Assembly: GCA_050954785.1 (NCBI GenBank)
Contig: JBPBQO010000146.1
Span: forward strand, 7,226 to 71,225
From: Janthinobacterium lividum
Lineage (GTDB): Bacteria; Pseudomonadota; Alphaproteobacteria; Acetobacterales; Acetobacteraceae
Direction: 5' to 3'
DNA length: 64,000 bases
Shown here: piece after piece, positions 1 through 10,352 of the stretch
Numbering within the stretch: position 1 is the stretch's first letter
How the letters are laid out: every line of letters begins with the position of its first letter
The notes under the pieces: model-generated
What the model was told of the DNA's origin: nothing
Databases searched by the model: none
Seen by the model: the letters and a program-made list of their open reading frames with translations, nothing else
Made by a program: the position numbers and the translations under genes

Positions 1-1008
1 CATTTCGAGCCGAGGCGCATTACCGCCGAGCGCATCGTGATCGCGACAGGCAGCACCCCGATCGTGCAGCCGCACATCGAGGGGCAGGAACTCGGCATCA
101 ATTCGGACCAGGCGTTCCACCTCGCTGAGCGGCCGCAGCGGGTCACCATCGTCGGCAGCGGCTATATCGGCGTCGAGTTCGCCGGGATCTTCGCCGGCCT
201 CGGGTCCGAAGTGCAGATGATCTACCGCCAGACACTGCCCCTGCGCGGCTTCGACGAGGATATGCGCACCGCTTTGGCCGAGGCGATCGAGGAGCGCGGC
301 ATCATCGCCCATCCGAGCACGCTGCTGCACCGGATCCGCCGCCATGAGGGCGCGCTGCGCGTGACGCTGACCGACGGGCGGGAGTGGGATACCGACCTGG
401 TGTTCTTCGCGGTCGGACGGATGCCGAACGTCGCGGGCCTCGGGCTCGAAACGACCGGCGTGCGGAGTACCGAGGAGGGGCGCATCCTGGTGGATGGCGG
501 CAGCGAGACGCACGAACCCGGCGTGTTCGCCATCGGCGACGTCACCAATCGGATGAACCTGACCCCGGTGGCGATCGCCGAGGGGCATATCCTGGCCGAC
601 CGGCTGTTCGCCGGCACGACCCGGGAATGGTCGTTCGATACGACGCCGAAAGCGGTTTTCTTCTCGCCGCCGCTGGCGAGCGTCGGCCTGACCGAGCACG
701 AGGCGGCCGAGCGCGGCCCGGCCGACATCTACCTCACCCGCTTCACGCCGATGCGCCACACGCTGAGCGGCCGCAAGCGGCACCACGTGATGAAGCTGGT
801 GGTCGACCAGGCCAGCCGGAAAGTGGTGGGCGTGCACATGCTCGGCGAGGACGCGCCGGAGATGATGCAGGGCCTGGCGATCGCGGTAACCGCCGGCCTG
901 ACGAAGGAGGATTTCGACCGCACGATTGGCATCCATCCGACCTCGGCGGAGGAGTTCGTCACCCTGCGCGTGCGCACCCGGGTCGCCGTCCCGGCTGCCG
1001 CAATCTGA
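1..1008 (+). CDS. gor: Glutathione-disulfide reductase, 5'-truncated by window edge
   Basis: Frame open from base 1 (HFEPRRITAERIVIATGS); NADPH-binding GSGYIGVEFAG; GDV FAD motif; C-terminal HPTSAEEFVT active-site His-Glu pair. Confidence 0.85.
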   Translation, partial: HFEPRRITAERIVIATGSTPIVQPHIEGQELGINSDQAFHLAERPQRVTIVGSGYIGVEFAGIFAGLGSEVQMIYRQTLPLRGFDEDMRTALAEAIEERGIIAHPSTLLHRIRRHEGALRVTLTDGREWDTDLVFFAVGRMPNVAGLGLETTGVRSTEEGRILVDGGSETHEPGVFAIGDVTNRMNLTPVAIAEGHILADRLFAGTTREWSFDTTPKAVFFSPPLASVGLTEHEAAERGPADIYLTRFTPMRHTLSGRKRHHVMKLVVDQASRKVVGVHMLGEDAPEMMQGLAIAVTAGLTKEDFDRTIGIHPTSAEEFVTLRVRTRVAVPAAAI

Positions 1009-1182
1009 ACAGTGGCGCCGCTTGTACGGAAAGAGTAGAGTTATGAAACAGGTCGGCCAGTAAAGCGGTTCGACCTAGCTGAGGCCGATCTAGAAATGGC
1101 TTCAGTCGATCCCCACATCGCATTTACCGCATTAATTTTGAATATTTTGCTGTATATCGCTTCCTTTGGAAGGATACTTCCC

Positions 1183-1497
1183 ATGACCACTCCCGAGCCG
1201 AAGTTGGTGTTGGCCAAGCCACGATGGGACGGGAGTCGCGTCGTGTTCGAGATCGATGTCGACGGCGAGATCGTGGATTGCGCGATTTCCAGGTCCGCCC
1301 TCCAGGACATCAGCGGCGTCAGGCGATTTGCCCCGGTCGACCTGCTTCGCGGTTTTGCCGAGGTCCAGGCCCGTATCGAGGAAATAGCCGCCAACAAGTT
1401 TCGGATCAGGCCGGAAACCGTCTCCGGGTTCGTCAGCATCTGGGCGGACGATGTCGAGGACGGGCGTGCACCAACCGGCGCCGCGCAGAGCGCCTGA
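1183..1497 (+). CDS. DUF1488-like small protein
   Basis: ATG 1183 with GGAAGG SD; pattern V.F....GE.V.CAISR.AL...resembles DUF1488 from memory; track ORF starts further upstream at 1096. Confidence 0.65.
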   Translation: MTTPEPKLVLAKPRWDGSRVVFEIDVDGEIVDCAISRSALQDISGVRRFAPVDLLRGFAEVQARIEEIAANKFRIRPETVSGFVSIWADDVEDGRAPTGAAQSA

Positions 1498-1566
1498 TCG
1501 CCTCCAGGTTCGGTGTCCGTGCCGGGCATCGGATGACGCCGTTACACATGAAGACGGGAGCATACG

Positions 1567-1704
1567 ATGTCCAAGGAACAGAATCGCGGTAATCGCGAGG
1601 CCAAGAAACCCAAGGCGAACAAGAAGCCGGTCGCTGTGGCGGCATCGCAGTTTTCCAGCCCGCAAAGCTCCTTACCGTCCAAGACTGCCCGCAAACCGAA
1701 CTGA
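1567..1704 (+). CDS. 45-aa Lys-rich small protein (below ORF-track cutoff)
   Basis: Hand translation MSKEQNRGNREAKKPKANKKPVAVAASQFSSPQSSLPSKTARKPN; GGGAG SD at 1556-1560. Confidence 0.65.
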   Translation: MSKEQNRGNREAKKPKANKKPVAVAASQFSSPQSSLPSKTARKPN

Positions 1705-1795
1705 TCGCGGTTTCGGGACATACCGATCCTCGGCGCCGGCAGGGCGTCCGAGGATCTGCCGGCCCCTGAGCGGCCGAAGCTCTCCATCATCCTGA

Positions 1796-3458
<1,663 letters not shown>

Positions 3459-3460
<2 letters not shown>

Positions 3461-3521
3461 TCTTCCGAGCATAACCGATCGGCGGTCCGGAGTTCCGGAC
3501 CGCCGATCATGCTTGAAGATC
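3459..3521. repeat. Long palindrome (REP-like element or terminator)
   Basis: Perfect 15-bp stem GATCGGCGGTCCGGA(3477-3491)/TCCGGACCGCCGATC(3494-3508); imperfect outer arms GATCTTCCGAGCAT/ATGCTTGAAGATC. Confidence 0.75.
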
Positions 3522-3538
3522 GAGTTGGCCCGGCCTAT

Positions 3539-3555
3539 CTGACTAGTCTGGTCAG
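3539..3555. promoter_or_regulatory. Putative TA autoregulatory operator
   Basis: Imperfect palindrome CTGACTAG-T-CTGGTCAG ending 9 nt upstream of the antitoxin ATG. Confidence 0.45.
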
Positions 3556-3564
3556 GGGACAGAA

Positions 3565-3888
3565 ATGCCGGCTCGGTCATCGGATACGGACGATTTTTCG
3601 ACCCCAGCTTCCGGAGCCGGCTTGCCCGTCTGGAAGCTGGAGGACGCCAAGTCCCGATTCAGTGAACTGGTGCGGCTTGCGCGCGAGCGTGGCCCGCAAC
3701 GCGTGACAGTGCGTGGACAGGATGCCGTCGTCGTCCTGTCCGCTGCCGACTACGCCCATCTGGCGCCGGCAGCAGCGAAACCGACCCTTGCCGCATTGTT
3801 CGGGGATAGCCCATTCGCCAGGATGGATGGCTTCGAGGAAGGGCTTGTCCGAGAGCAGGCAGCGTTCCGGGAACCCCTGGAGTTCTGA
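3565..3888 (+). CDS. Phd/YefM-family antitoxin
   Basis: WKLEDAKSRFSELVRLARERGPQRVTVRGQDAVVV is a typical Phd DNA-binding domain; directly upstream of a PIN toxin. Confidence 0.9.
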   Translation: MPARSSDTDDFSTPASGAGLPVWKLEDAKSRFSELVRLARERGPQRVTVRGQDAVVVLSAADYAHLAPAAAKPTLAALFGDSPFARMDGFEEGLVREQAAFREPLEF

Positions 3889-3891
3889 TCG

Positions 3892-4338
3892 GTGGCTGTC
3901 GTCCCACGCGGCTGGCTGCTCGATACCAACGTCGTTTCCGAACTCCGCAAAGGTGGCAAGGCCGACCCGGGTGTCCGGTCCTGGGCGGAATCGGTGCCGC
4001 CCGGCGCCTGCTTCCTGAGCCTGGTCACCGTGGCGGAGATCCGTTTCGGTATCGAGCGGGTCGCCGACCTGCGGTTTCGCGGTGAACTCGAGGCCTGGCT
4101 CCGCGACGGCGTGCGTGTCTGGTTCGGCGATCGTATCCTGGCGCCGGACGAGGCCGTGCTGATGACATGGCGACGGCTGGTGATGGAGGGCCAGAAGGCC
4201 CGGTATACCTATTCACAGCCGGATGCCCTGATCGCCGCGACCGCGCTGGTGCATGGGCTGGGCGTGGTGACGCGAAACATCTCCGACTTCGAGCGTGCGG
4301 GCCTGGCCCTGGTCGATCCATGGATCGCGCCGCATTGA
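3892..4338 (+). CDS. vapC: VapC-family PIN-domain toxin
   Basis: LLDTNVVSE, VAEIRFG, DALIAATALVHGL.VVTRNISDF acidic PIN residues; GTG start. Confidence 0.92.
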   Translation: MAVVPRGWLLDTNVVSELRKGGKADPGVRSWAESVPPGACFLSLVTVAEIRFGIERVADLRFRGELEAWLRDGVRVWFGDRILAPDEAVLMTWRRLVMEGQKARYTYSQPDALIAATALVHGLGVVTRNISDFERAGLALVDPWIAPH

Positions 4339-4344
4339 CACGTG

Positions 4345-4462
4345 CCGGGCCTGCATGGAGTTTCGCCCTGTTCGAGATGGGAAGCCGGCGTAAATCCGGC
4401 ACGGTCGCGCCACTGTGTCTGGACGGCGTCATTTCGCCGGCCAGGAGTCAGACCTCTCCCGG
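4345..4462 (+). ncRNA. Cobalamin riboswitch
   Basis: GGGAA-GCCGG-CGTAAAT-CCGGC (P4/T-loop), GCCACTG, and GAGTCAGACCT B12-box elements, upstream of cbtB. Confidence 0.88.
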
Positions 4463-4507
4463 GCAGTGTGCAATCGAGCGGGACGCGTCGATTCCCGAGG
4501 AGACGTC

Positions 4508-4717
4508 ATGAGTGCAACCACATCCATTCCGGCATCGGAACCGATCGTCATCCCGGTCCGGGAGATCCTTCCCTGGGCGATCTTTGCCGGCCTGATCGCG
4601 CTGCTGGCGCTTTATTTCGTCGGTGCCGAGCAGGGTGCGACGTCGCTCATCAAGGGCATGTACGTGCATGAGTTCGTGCATGACGGCCGCCACGTGCTCG
4701 GCTTTCCCTGCCACTGA
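4508..4717 (+). CDS. cbtB: Cobalt transporter subunit CbtB
   Basis: One TM helix, then HEFVHDGRHVLGFPCH; GAGGAG SD. Confidence 0.9.
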   Translation: MSATTSIPASEPIVIPVREILPWAIFAGLIALLALYFVGAEQGATSLIKGMYVHEFVHDGRHVLGFPCH

Positions 4718-4729
4718 GCGGACCGGATC

Positions 4730-5497
4730 ATGGTTCGGCAACTCCTGATCCGGGGGATGCTGGTCGGCATCCTCGCGGGTCTGTTCGGGTTCGGGTTCGC
4801 CTGGCTGTTCGGCGAGAAACAGATCGATCTGGCGGTCGCGTTCGAGGATCATGTGCGGCAGTTGGCCGGCGAGGCTCCGGAGCCTGAACTGGTCAGCCGC
4901 GCGGTGCAGAGCACGGTCGGACTGCTGACCGGCATGCTGGTGTATGGCGGCGCGCTGGGCGGCATTCTGTCGCTGGTGTTCGCCTATGTGCAGGGCCGGG
5001 TCGTGCGGCTGAGCCCACGGGCCACGTCCGCGATACTGGGGCTTGCCGGCCTCGTGGTGTTGATCCTGGTGCCGCAGATCAAGTATCCGGCCAACCCGCC
5101 GTCGGTCGGTGATCCGGCGACGATCGGGCTTCGGACCGGGCTGTATTTCGAGATGATCGCGCTGTCGGTGGTGGCGGCCGTGGCCGGCGTCCGTATCGCA
5201 CGGAAACTGCTTTTGCGGTTCGGGCGCTGGAATGCGGTTCTGGCGGGGGTCGGTGTCTACGTGGTGGCGATGGCGGTGACGATGCTGGTGCTGCCGCCGG
5301 TCGACGAGGTGCCGCCGGCGTTCCTGGCCGTCACCTTGTGGCACTTTCGTCTGGCCTCGTTCGGCACCAATATCGTCGTCTGGACGGTGCTCGGTCTCGG
5401 CTTCGGCGCCCTAACCGAACGCTTCCTACAAACGGTTCCCAAAGGCTCCGCCTTTGGCGGGGTCAAGGGGCAGCGCCCCATGCCTTCTTCCTACTGA
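4730..5497 (+). CDS. cbtA: Cobalt transporter subunit CbtA
   Basis: RGMLVGILAG, E.QIDLAVAFE, VSRAVQST.GL, KYPANPPSVG, LWHFRLAS; follows cbtB; last ~20 aa repeat-derived. Confidence 0.9.
   Translation: MVRQLLIRGMLVGILAGLFGFGFAWLFGEKQIDLAVAFEDHVRQLAGEAPEPELVSRAVQSTVGLLTGMLVYGGALGGILSLVFAYVQGRVVRLSPRATSAILGLAGLVVLILVPQIKYPANPPSVGDPATIGLRTGLYFEMIALSVVAAVAGVRIARKLLLRFGRWNAVLAGVGVYVVAMAVTMLVLPPVDEVPPAFLAVTLWHFRLASFGTNIVVWTVLGLGFGALTERFLQTVPKGSAFGGVKGQRPMPSSY
5434..5484. repeat. Half copy of the multi-hairpin repeat, inside the cbtA 3' end
   Basis: GGTTCCCAAAGGCTCCGCCTTTGGCGGGGTCAAGGGGCAGCGCCCCATGCC aligns with 53923-53974. Confidence 0.75.
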
Positions 5498-6060
5498 AGT
5501 TCGGGGACGATCGCCGAAGCCAGCCGGTCCAGCAGCCTGCTCATCGCACTTACCTGAGCCTGACTGTTTTCCGCCACGCCCCCGACCACCAGATGGGCTC
5601 GCCGACGGGCCATGACAGCGGGTGGCCGGGTGGTTTCGATGCTCCAGCTTGCATCCAGCGCCAGGGTTCCGGCCTGATCCGGCTCGAAGCTGGTGATGGT
5701 CAGGTTCAGCCTGCGGAAGTCGGGCTGGATCGGCGAGGTCGTGACAACCGAGGCCTGTGGAAGCCGCGCCTGCAGGTCGGCCGCAATCGCCTGCCGGATC
5801 CCGACCGACAATCGATCGCCCCAGCGTCCGTTGCGGCTGGCCGAGAGTTCGTTGGTGCCGACGCGGCGCAGGATGTCGCGGCTGTCGAGGTGGTCGGGCA
5901 GCAGCACCGGCCGCACCTCGATGACGGTCGTGGACACGGTCTCGATCGATGGCCGCGCAGCGGCGGATACCGGTCCGGTCAGCACGTATGTCCGCAGTTT
6001 GGGCGCGGCGCAGCCGGCGAGCGCAAGTGCCGGGACCAGCATGAACAGGATCGGTTTCAT
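5491..6060 (-). CDS. PqiC-like ABC auxiliary lipoprotein
   Basis: Lipobox LAGC; LPDHLDSRDIL, RWGDRLS.GIR..IAADL. Confidence 0.85.
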   Translation of the reverse strand: MKPILFMLVPALALAGCAAPKLRTYVLTGPVSAAARPSIETVSTTVIEVRPVLLPDHLDSRDILRRVGTNELSASRNGRWGDRLSVGIRQAIAADLQARLPQASVVTTSPIQPDFRRLNLTITSFEPDQAGTLALDASWSIETTRPPAVMARRRAHLVVGGVAENSQAQVSAMSRLLDRLASAIVPELQ

Positions 6061-7025
6061 CGGCTGCGTCCTCGCAGGACCAGGGATGGATCGCTTTCGA
6101 CGTCGCGGGCAATGCCGCGCAGGCTGTCGGCGGCGGCGGCGAGGTCGCGCAGGCTGGTTTCCAGGTTGAGACGCACCTCGGAGCGTTCGCCGGCGACGGC
6201 GTTGATCGTCACCGTAAGCTGTCTCGCATTCTCGGCTGCCTGGTTCGCGGTGGCGATCAGGTGCTTGAGCTCCGGTCCGCGTCCGGCGACCTGATCGTGC
6301 AACTGGAGCGACAGGTCCTGATAGCGATGGAGCGTCGTGAGCGCCTGGTCGCGTACGGCCAGCACGGACTGGTTGATGATCGGGCCGGTATCGTGCAGCC
6401 CGTCCGCGGTCACCTGCAGGCTGGCGATCAGCGGGGGCAGGTTGGTGTCCAGCGTGATGGCGAGATGCTCGATCGCGTGCAGGGTGCGGGTGGTGCTGTC
6501 GGCGAGGTCGCGCAACGGCAGCTTCGGGATCTGCTCGCGCAGCCGTTCGAAGTCGGACTGCACTGTCGGGATCTCGATCAGGCTGCTTTTCAGGCCGGAG
6601 AACACCGCGCCGGAGTTCGGCTTCATGTCGAGGTCGACCGCCATCTGCCCGGTCACGAAACTCTGCATGATGAGCTGGGCGCGGAGGCCCGCTGCAACCA
6701 GCTGGTCCAGGTCGACGCGCTCGGACGCGCTGGCCGGCCGGTCCAGCACCACGCGGCCGGGATCGAGCTGGATCATGACCGGGATTCGCGCTTCCAGATC
6801 GACCGGGTTCACGTGCAGCGAAATGGTCCCGACCGACCCTACGCGCACGCCACGGAACGTGACCGGAGCGCCCGGGGCCAGCCCGCCGACGCCGCCATGG
6901 AAATAGATGACCGCGCGATCGACCGGCGTCAGCAGATGCAGCCGGCCGAACACCAGGATCACCCCCATGCCGAGTGCCAGCCCGACCAGCACGAACAAGC
7001 CGACGAGAGTCTGCCTAGCTGCCAT
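6057..7025 (-). CDS. MlaD/MCE-domain protein
   Basis: N-terminal TM; GL.PGAPVTFRGVRVGSV MCE motif; GLRAQL..QSFVTGQ; helical C-terminus ending PSLVLRG. Confidence 0.9.
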   Translation of the reverse strand: MAARQTLVGLFVLVGLALGMGVILVFGRLHLLTPVDRAVIYFHGGVGGLAPGAPVTFRGVRVGSVGTISLHVNPVDLEARIPVMIQLDPGRVVLDRPASASERVDLDQLVAAGLRAQLIMQSFVTGQMAVDLDMKPNSGAVFSGLKSSLIEIPTVQSDFERLREQIPKLPLRDLADSTTRTLHAIEHLAITLDTNLPPLIASLQVTADGLHDTGPIINQSVLAVRDQALTTLHRYQDLSLQLHDQVAGRGPELKHLIATANQAAENARQLTVTINAVAGERSEVRLNLETSLRDLAAAADSLRGIARDVESDPSLVLRGRSR

Positions 7026-7824
7026 CCGCGTCGCTCCCGTTCGACTGCATCATCGGTGCCTGGCTTTCAGGTGTGCGTTCCCGGTGCATGAAGGCCTGCA
7101 CCGTTGGATGAGCGCAATGGTCGCGCAGCTCGGCAGGCGAGCCGGACGCGATCACGGTATGGGTTTCCGCATCGAGGAATGCGCCATCGTCGGCGATCGC
7201 GAACAGGCTGGGCAGTTCGTGGCTGACCAGCACGATGGTGGTGCCGAGACCTTCGCGCAGCTCCAGGATCAAATCGTCCAGGCGCCGCGAGGTGATCGGG
7301 TCGAGGCCGGCGGAGGGTTCGTCGAAGAACAGCACCTCCGGATCCAGCGCCAGGGCACGGGCCAGGCCGGCGCGCTTGCGCATGCCGCCGCTGAGTTCGG
7401 CCGGCATCAGGTCGGCGGCCGATTCCATACCGACCAGGGCCAGCTTGAGCCGTACCAGGTCGGCGATCGCGGCGGGCTTCTGCCGGGTGAACAGCTTGAG
7501 CGGCAGGGCGACATTCTCGGCCACGGTGAGCGAACTCCAGAGAGCGGAGCTCTGGAACAGCACACCATAGCGACGGTTGATCTCGATACGGCGGTCGTCG
7601 CGTGCGTCCCAGTAGCTTTCGCCATCGATCAGCACCTCGCCGGCGATCGGCCGCAGCAGGCCGAACAGGCCCTTCATGACCGTGCTCTTGCCACAGCCGC
7701 TCCCGCCCATCAGCGCGAAGATGGACCCCTGACGGATACGCAACGCGACATCGCGCTGGATCACCCGGTCGCCGAACGCGAGCGTCAGGCCGCGTGTCTC
7801 GATCTTGAACGGAGCTGCACCCAT
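7015..7824 (-). CDS. MlaF/Mkl-type ABC ATPase
   Basis: GGSGCGKST, LFQSSAL, LSGGMRKR, FFDEPSAGLDP. Confidence 0.92.
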   Translation of the reverse strand: MGAAPFKIETRGLTLAFGDRVIQRDVALRIRQGSIFALMGGSGCGKSTVMKGLFGLLRPIAGEVLIDGESYWDARDDRRIEINRRYGVLFQSSALWSSLTVAENVALPLKLFTRQKPAAIADLVRLKLALVGMESAADLMPAELSGGMRKRAGLARALALDPEVLFFDEPSAGLDPITSRRLDDLILELREGLGTTIVLVSHELPSLFAIADDGAFLDAETHTVIASGSPAELRDHCAHPTVQAFMHRERTPESQAPMMQSNGSDADGS

Positions 7825-7830
7825 CCGGCG

Positions 7831-9039
7831 TCAGAACCCGAACACGTTGGCGACGACCGCGAACAGGGCATCGAGCGCGATGACGCCGACGATCCCGGCC
7901 ACCACCGCACGGGTCGCCGCCTCGCCGACAGCCGCCGCGCTGCGGCCGGCATTGAGGCCGATCTGGCACGAGACGAGGCCGATCAGCGCGGCGAAGGCAA
8001 TGCTCTTCGCCAGCCCGAACCCGAACTGGCTGAGCGGCACCGCATGCGCCACGGCCGTCGCGAAGGCGAGGGGAGACAGGTCGAGCATGGTTGTCGCGAC
8101 CAATGCGCCGCCAGCAATGCCGATCAGGCAGGCATACAGATAGAGCAGCGGCATGGTGAGCATGAGCGAGAGCGTCATCGGCAACACCAGGTACGTCTGT
8201 TCGCTGATGCCGAGCACGCGCAACGCGTCGATTTCCTCGTTGCCCTGCATGGTGGCGAGGCGCGCGGCGTTGGCGCCGCCGGTGCGGCCGGCCAGGACGA
8301 TCGCGGTCATCACCGCCGCGAGTTCGCGCACCAGGGCCAGCCCGACCAGGTTGCTGACGAAGATTTCGGCGGCAAAACGCCTCAGCTCCACTGCGCCGAT
8401 GAAGGCGAGGATCGCGCCCAGCAGGAAATTGACCACGCCCACGATCGGCAAGGCGCTGGGGCCGGCACGCTGCACCGCGTCCAGCAGGTCGGCCCCCTGC
8501 ATGCGGGTGCGGCGGCTGCGCGGCCAGACGCTGCTGACCAGGCCACGGGCCATCTCGCCGACGAGCTGCGCGCCGGCTCCCACCGAGGCGAGCGTGGACA
8601 GGCAGATCTTCCCGATCACGGCGAGCGGGTTCAGCCGCGGGCGGCGAGGGGCCGGAATGGCTGGCGTGCTCGCCGCGAGGGCGAGCAGCCGACGAGCGGA
8701 GGGAGGCAGTCCATCCTCGTCCAGCATCGTGCCGTCCGCCTGCACCAGGCCACGCAGGCGCCACAGCGTCGCGACCAGCAGACTGTCCCAGGCGACCAGC
8801 TCCCGTGCGTCGAAGCTCAGGCGGCGCGGGCTCGCCATAGCGCTGCGAATTGCCGCGGCCTGCACAGTCGGCACGATGTCGGTTGCATGCCGCCAGTCTC
8901 CACCGAACACCAGGACGGCATCGTCGCCTTCCCGGCGAACCTGCCAGAGCGGGTCCGGCTTACCCGGTGGTTTGGACAGAGGCGAACGCGCCAGGGGGCC
9001 GGCTCCTAGCCGGTGCAGCGCTTGAGCCGGGCTCCGCAA
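7831..9039 (-). CDS. MlaE-family permease with N-terminal STAS-like domain (start uncertain: TTG 9039 or CTG 8994)
   Basis: VRELAAVMTAIVLAGRTG...M..NEEIDALRVLG; SAAAVGEAATRAVV. Confidence 0.88.
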   Translation of the reverse strand: MRSPAQALHRLGAGPLARSPLSKPPGKPDPLWQVRREGDDAVLVFGGDWRHATDIVPTVQAAAIRSAMASPRRLSFDARELVAWDSLLVATLWRLRGLVQADGTMLDEDGLPPSARRLLALAASTPAIPAPRRPRLNPLAVIGKICLSTLASVGAGAQLVGEMARGLVSSVWPRSRRTRMQGADLLDAVQRAGPSALPIVGVVNFLLGAILAFIGAVELRRFAAEIFVSNLVGLALVRELAAVMTAIVLAGRTGGANAARLATMQGNEEIDALRVLGISEQTYLVLPMTLSLMLTMPLLYLYACLIGIAGGALVATTMLDLSPLAFATAVAHAVPLSQFGFGLAKSIAFAALIGLVSCQIGLNAGRSAAAVGEAATRAVVAGIVGVIALDALFAVVANVFGF

Positions 9040-10352
9040 GCCGAAAGCTTGTGCGCCAGCCCGTCATAACCCCGGTCGATATGGTCCAGGCCATCGACCA
9101 GGGTAGTGCCGCGCGCGGTCAGTCCGGCAATGACCAGGGCTGCGCCCGCACGCACATCGGTTGCCATGACCGATGCGCCGTCCAGGGCCGGGACGCCGCG
9201 GATCAGTGCGGTCCGGCCGCGCACGGTGATGACCGCCCCCATCCGGCGCAGCTCGTCGACATGCCGGAAGCGGCTCTCGAAGATGGTCTCGGTCACCGTC
9301 CCGGCGCCATCGGCGATGCACAGCAAGGCCATCGTCGGCGCCTGCAGGTCGGTGGCGAAGCCGGGCCACGGCTGTGTCACGACATCGATGCCGATCAATC
9401 CGCCCGCAGCCCGCGCGGCGACCAGGCCTCCGGGCACCTCGCGCAGACTCACGCCGGCCTGTTCGAGCAGCGGGGCGGCGGCACCGAGCAGGCCCAGTGT
9501 GCCGCCTTCGAGCAGGATCTCGCCACCGGTCGCGGCAGCGGCGCAAGCGATCGTGCCGAGCTCGATCCGGTCCGGCATCACCCGGTGCAGCACGCCGCCG
9601 AGAGCGTGCCTGCCCTCGATGGTCAGGGTCGAGCTGCCGGCCCCCTTGATCCGGGCGCCCATGGCGATCAGGCACGCGCACAGATCGACCACTTCCGGCT
9701 CGCGCGCGACATTGCCCAGACGGGTGATGCCGTTGGCCAGGACAGCGGCGAGCAGCAGGTTCTGGGTCGCGCCGACCGACGGGAACTCGAGCTGGATGTC
9801 TGCGCCATGCAGTCCGTCCGGCGCGCGCGCGTCGATGATGCCGTGCTCGAGGGTGATCTCGGCGCCCATGGCCCTGAGGCCGGCCAGATGGAAGTCCACG
9901 GTTCTCAGGCCGATCGAATCGCCGCCGGGCATCGGCATCCTGGCTTCGCCGCACCGTGCCAGCAACGCGCCGAGCAGCAGGATCGAGGCGCGCATGCGCA
10001 TGACCAGTCCTGCCTCGATCTCGCCCGGACGCACGCGATCGGCGCACAGGGTCAGGGAGAGCGGGGCACGCGGATCCCCGTCCGACCATGAGACGCCGAC
10101 CCCGAGCCGGTGCAGCAGCGCGCCGAGGACGGCAACGTCGAGGCTGCGCGGAACGTTCTGTAGCGTCACCAGATGCGGTGTCAGCAGGGCGGAAACCATC
10201 AGCGGCAGTACCGCATTCTTGGCGCCGCTGATCGGATAGCGGCCGGACAAGGGACGGCCGCCCTCGATCGACAGCAGATGGTTCGGGTCCGGCTGCCACC
10301 AGGGCGACGCCTCGGACAGGATACGGGCCGGTGCGGATTGGATCGAGGTCAT
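9006..10352 (-). CDS. murA: UDP-N-acetylglucosamine 1-carboxyvinyltransferase, Cys115Asp variant
   Basis: SGAKNAVLP, MRASILLLG, PGGDSIGLRTVDFH, PGFATDLQA, HIDRGY. Confidence 0.93.
   Translation of the reverse strand: MTSIQSAPARILSEASPWWQPDPNHLLSIEGGRPLSGRYPISGAKNAVLPLMVSALLTPHLVTLQNVPRSLDVAVLGALLHRLGVGVSWSDGDPRAPLSLTLCADRVRPGEIEAGLVMRMRASILLLGALLARCGEARMPMPGGDSIGLRTVDFHLAGLRAMGAEITLEHGIIDARAPDGLHGADIQLEFPSVGATQNLLLAAVLANGITRLGNVAREPEVVDLCACLIAMGARIKGAGSSTLTIEGRHALGGVLHRVMPDRIELGTIACAAAATGGEILLEGGTLGLLGAAAPLLEQAGVSLREVPGGLVAARAAGGLIGIDVVTQPWPGFATDLQAPTMALLCIADGAGTVTETIFESRFRHVDELRRMGAVITVRGRTALIRGVPALDGASVMATDVRAGAALVIAGLTARGTTLVDGLDHIDRGYDGLAHKLSACGARLKRCTG

Noticed and set aside
1060-1085. 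GGTTCGA resembling a tRNA T-loop
   Set aside because: No cloverleaf or acceptor stem around it
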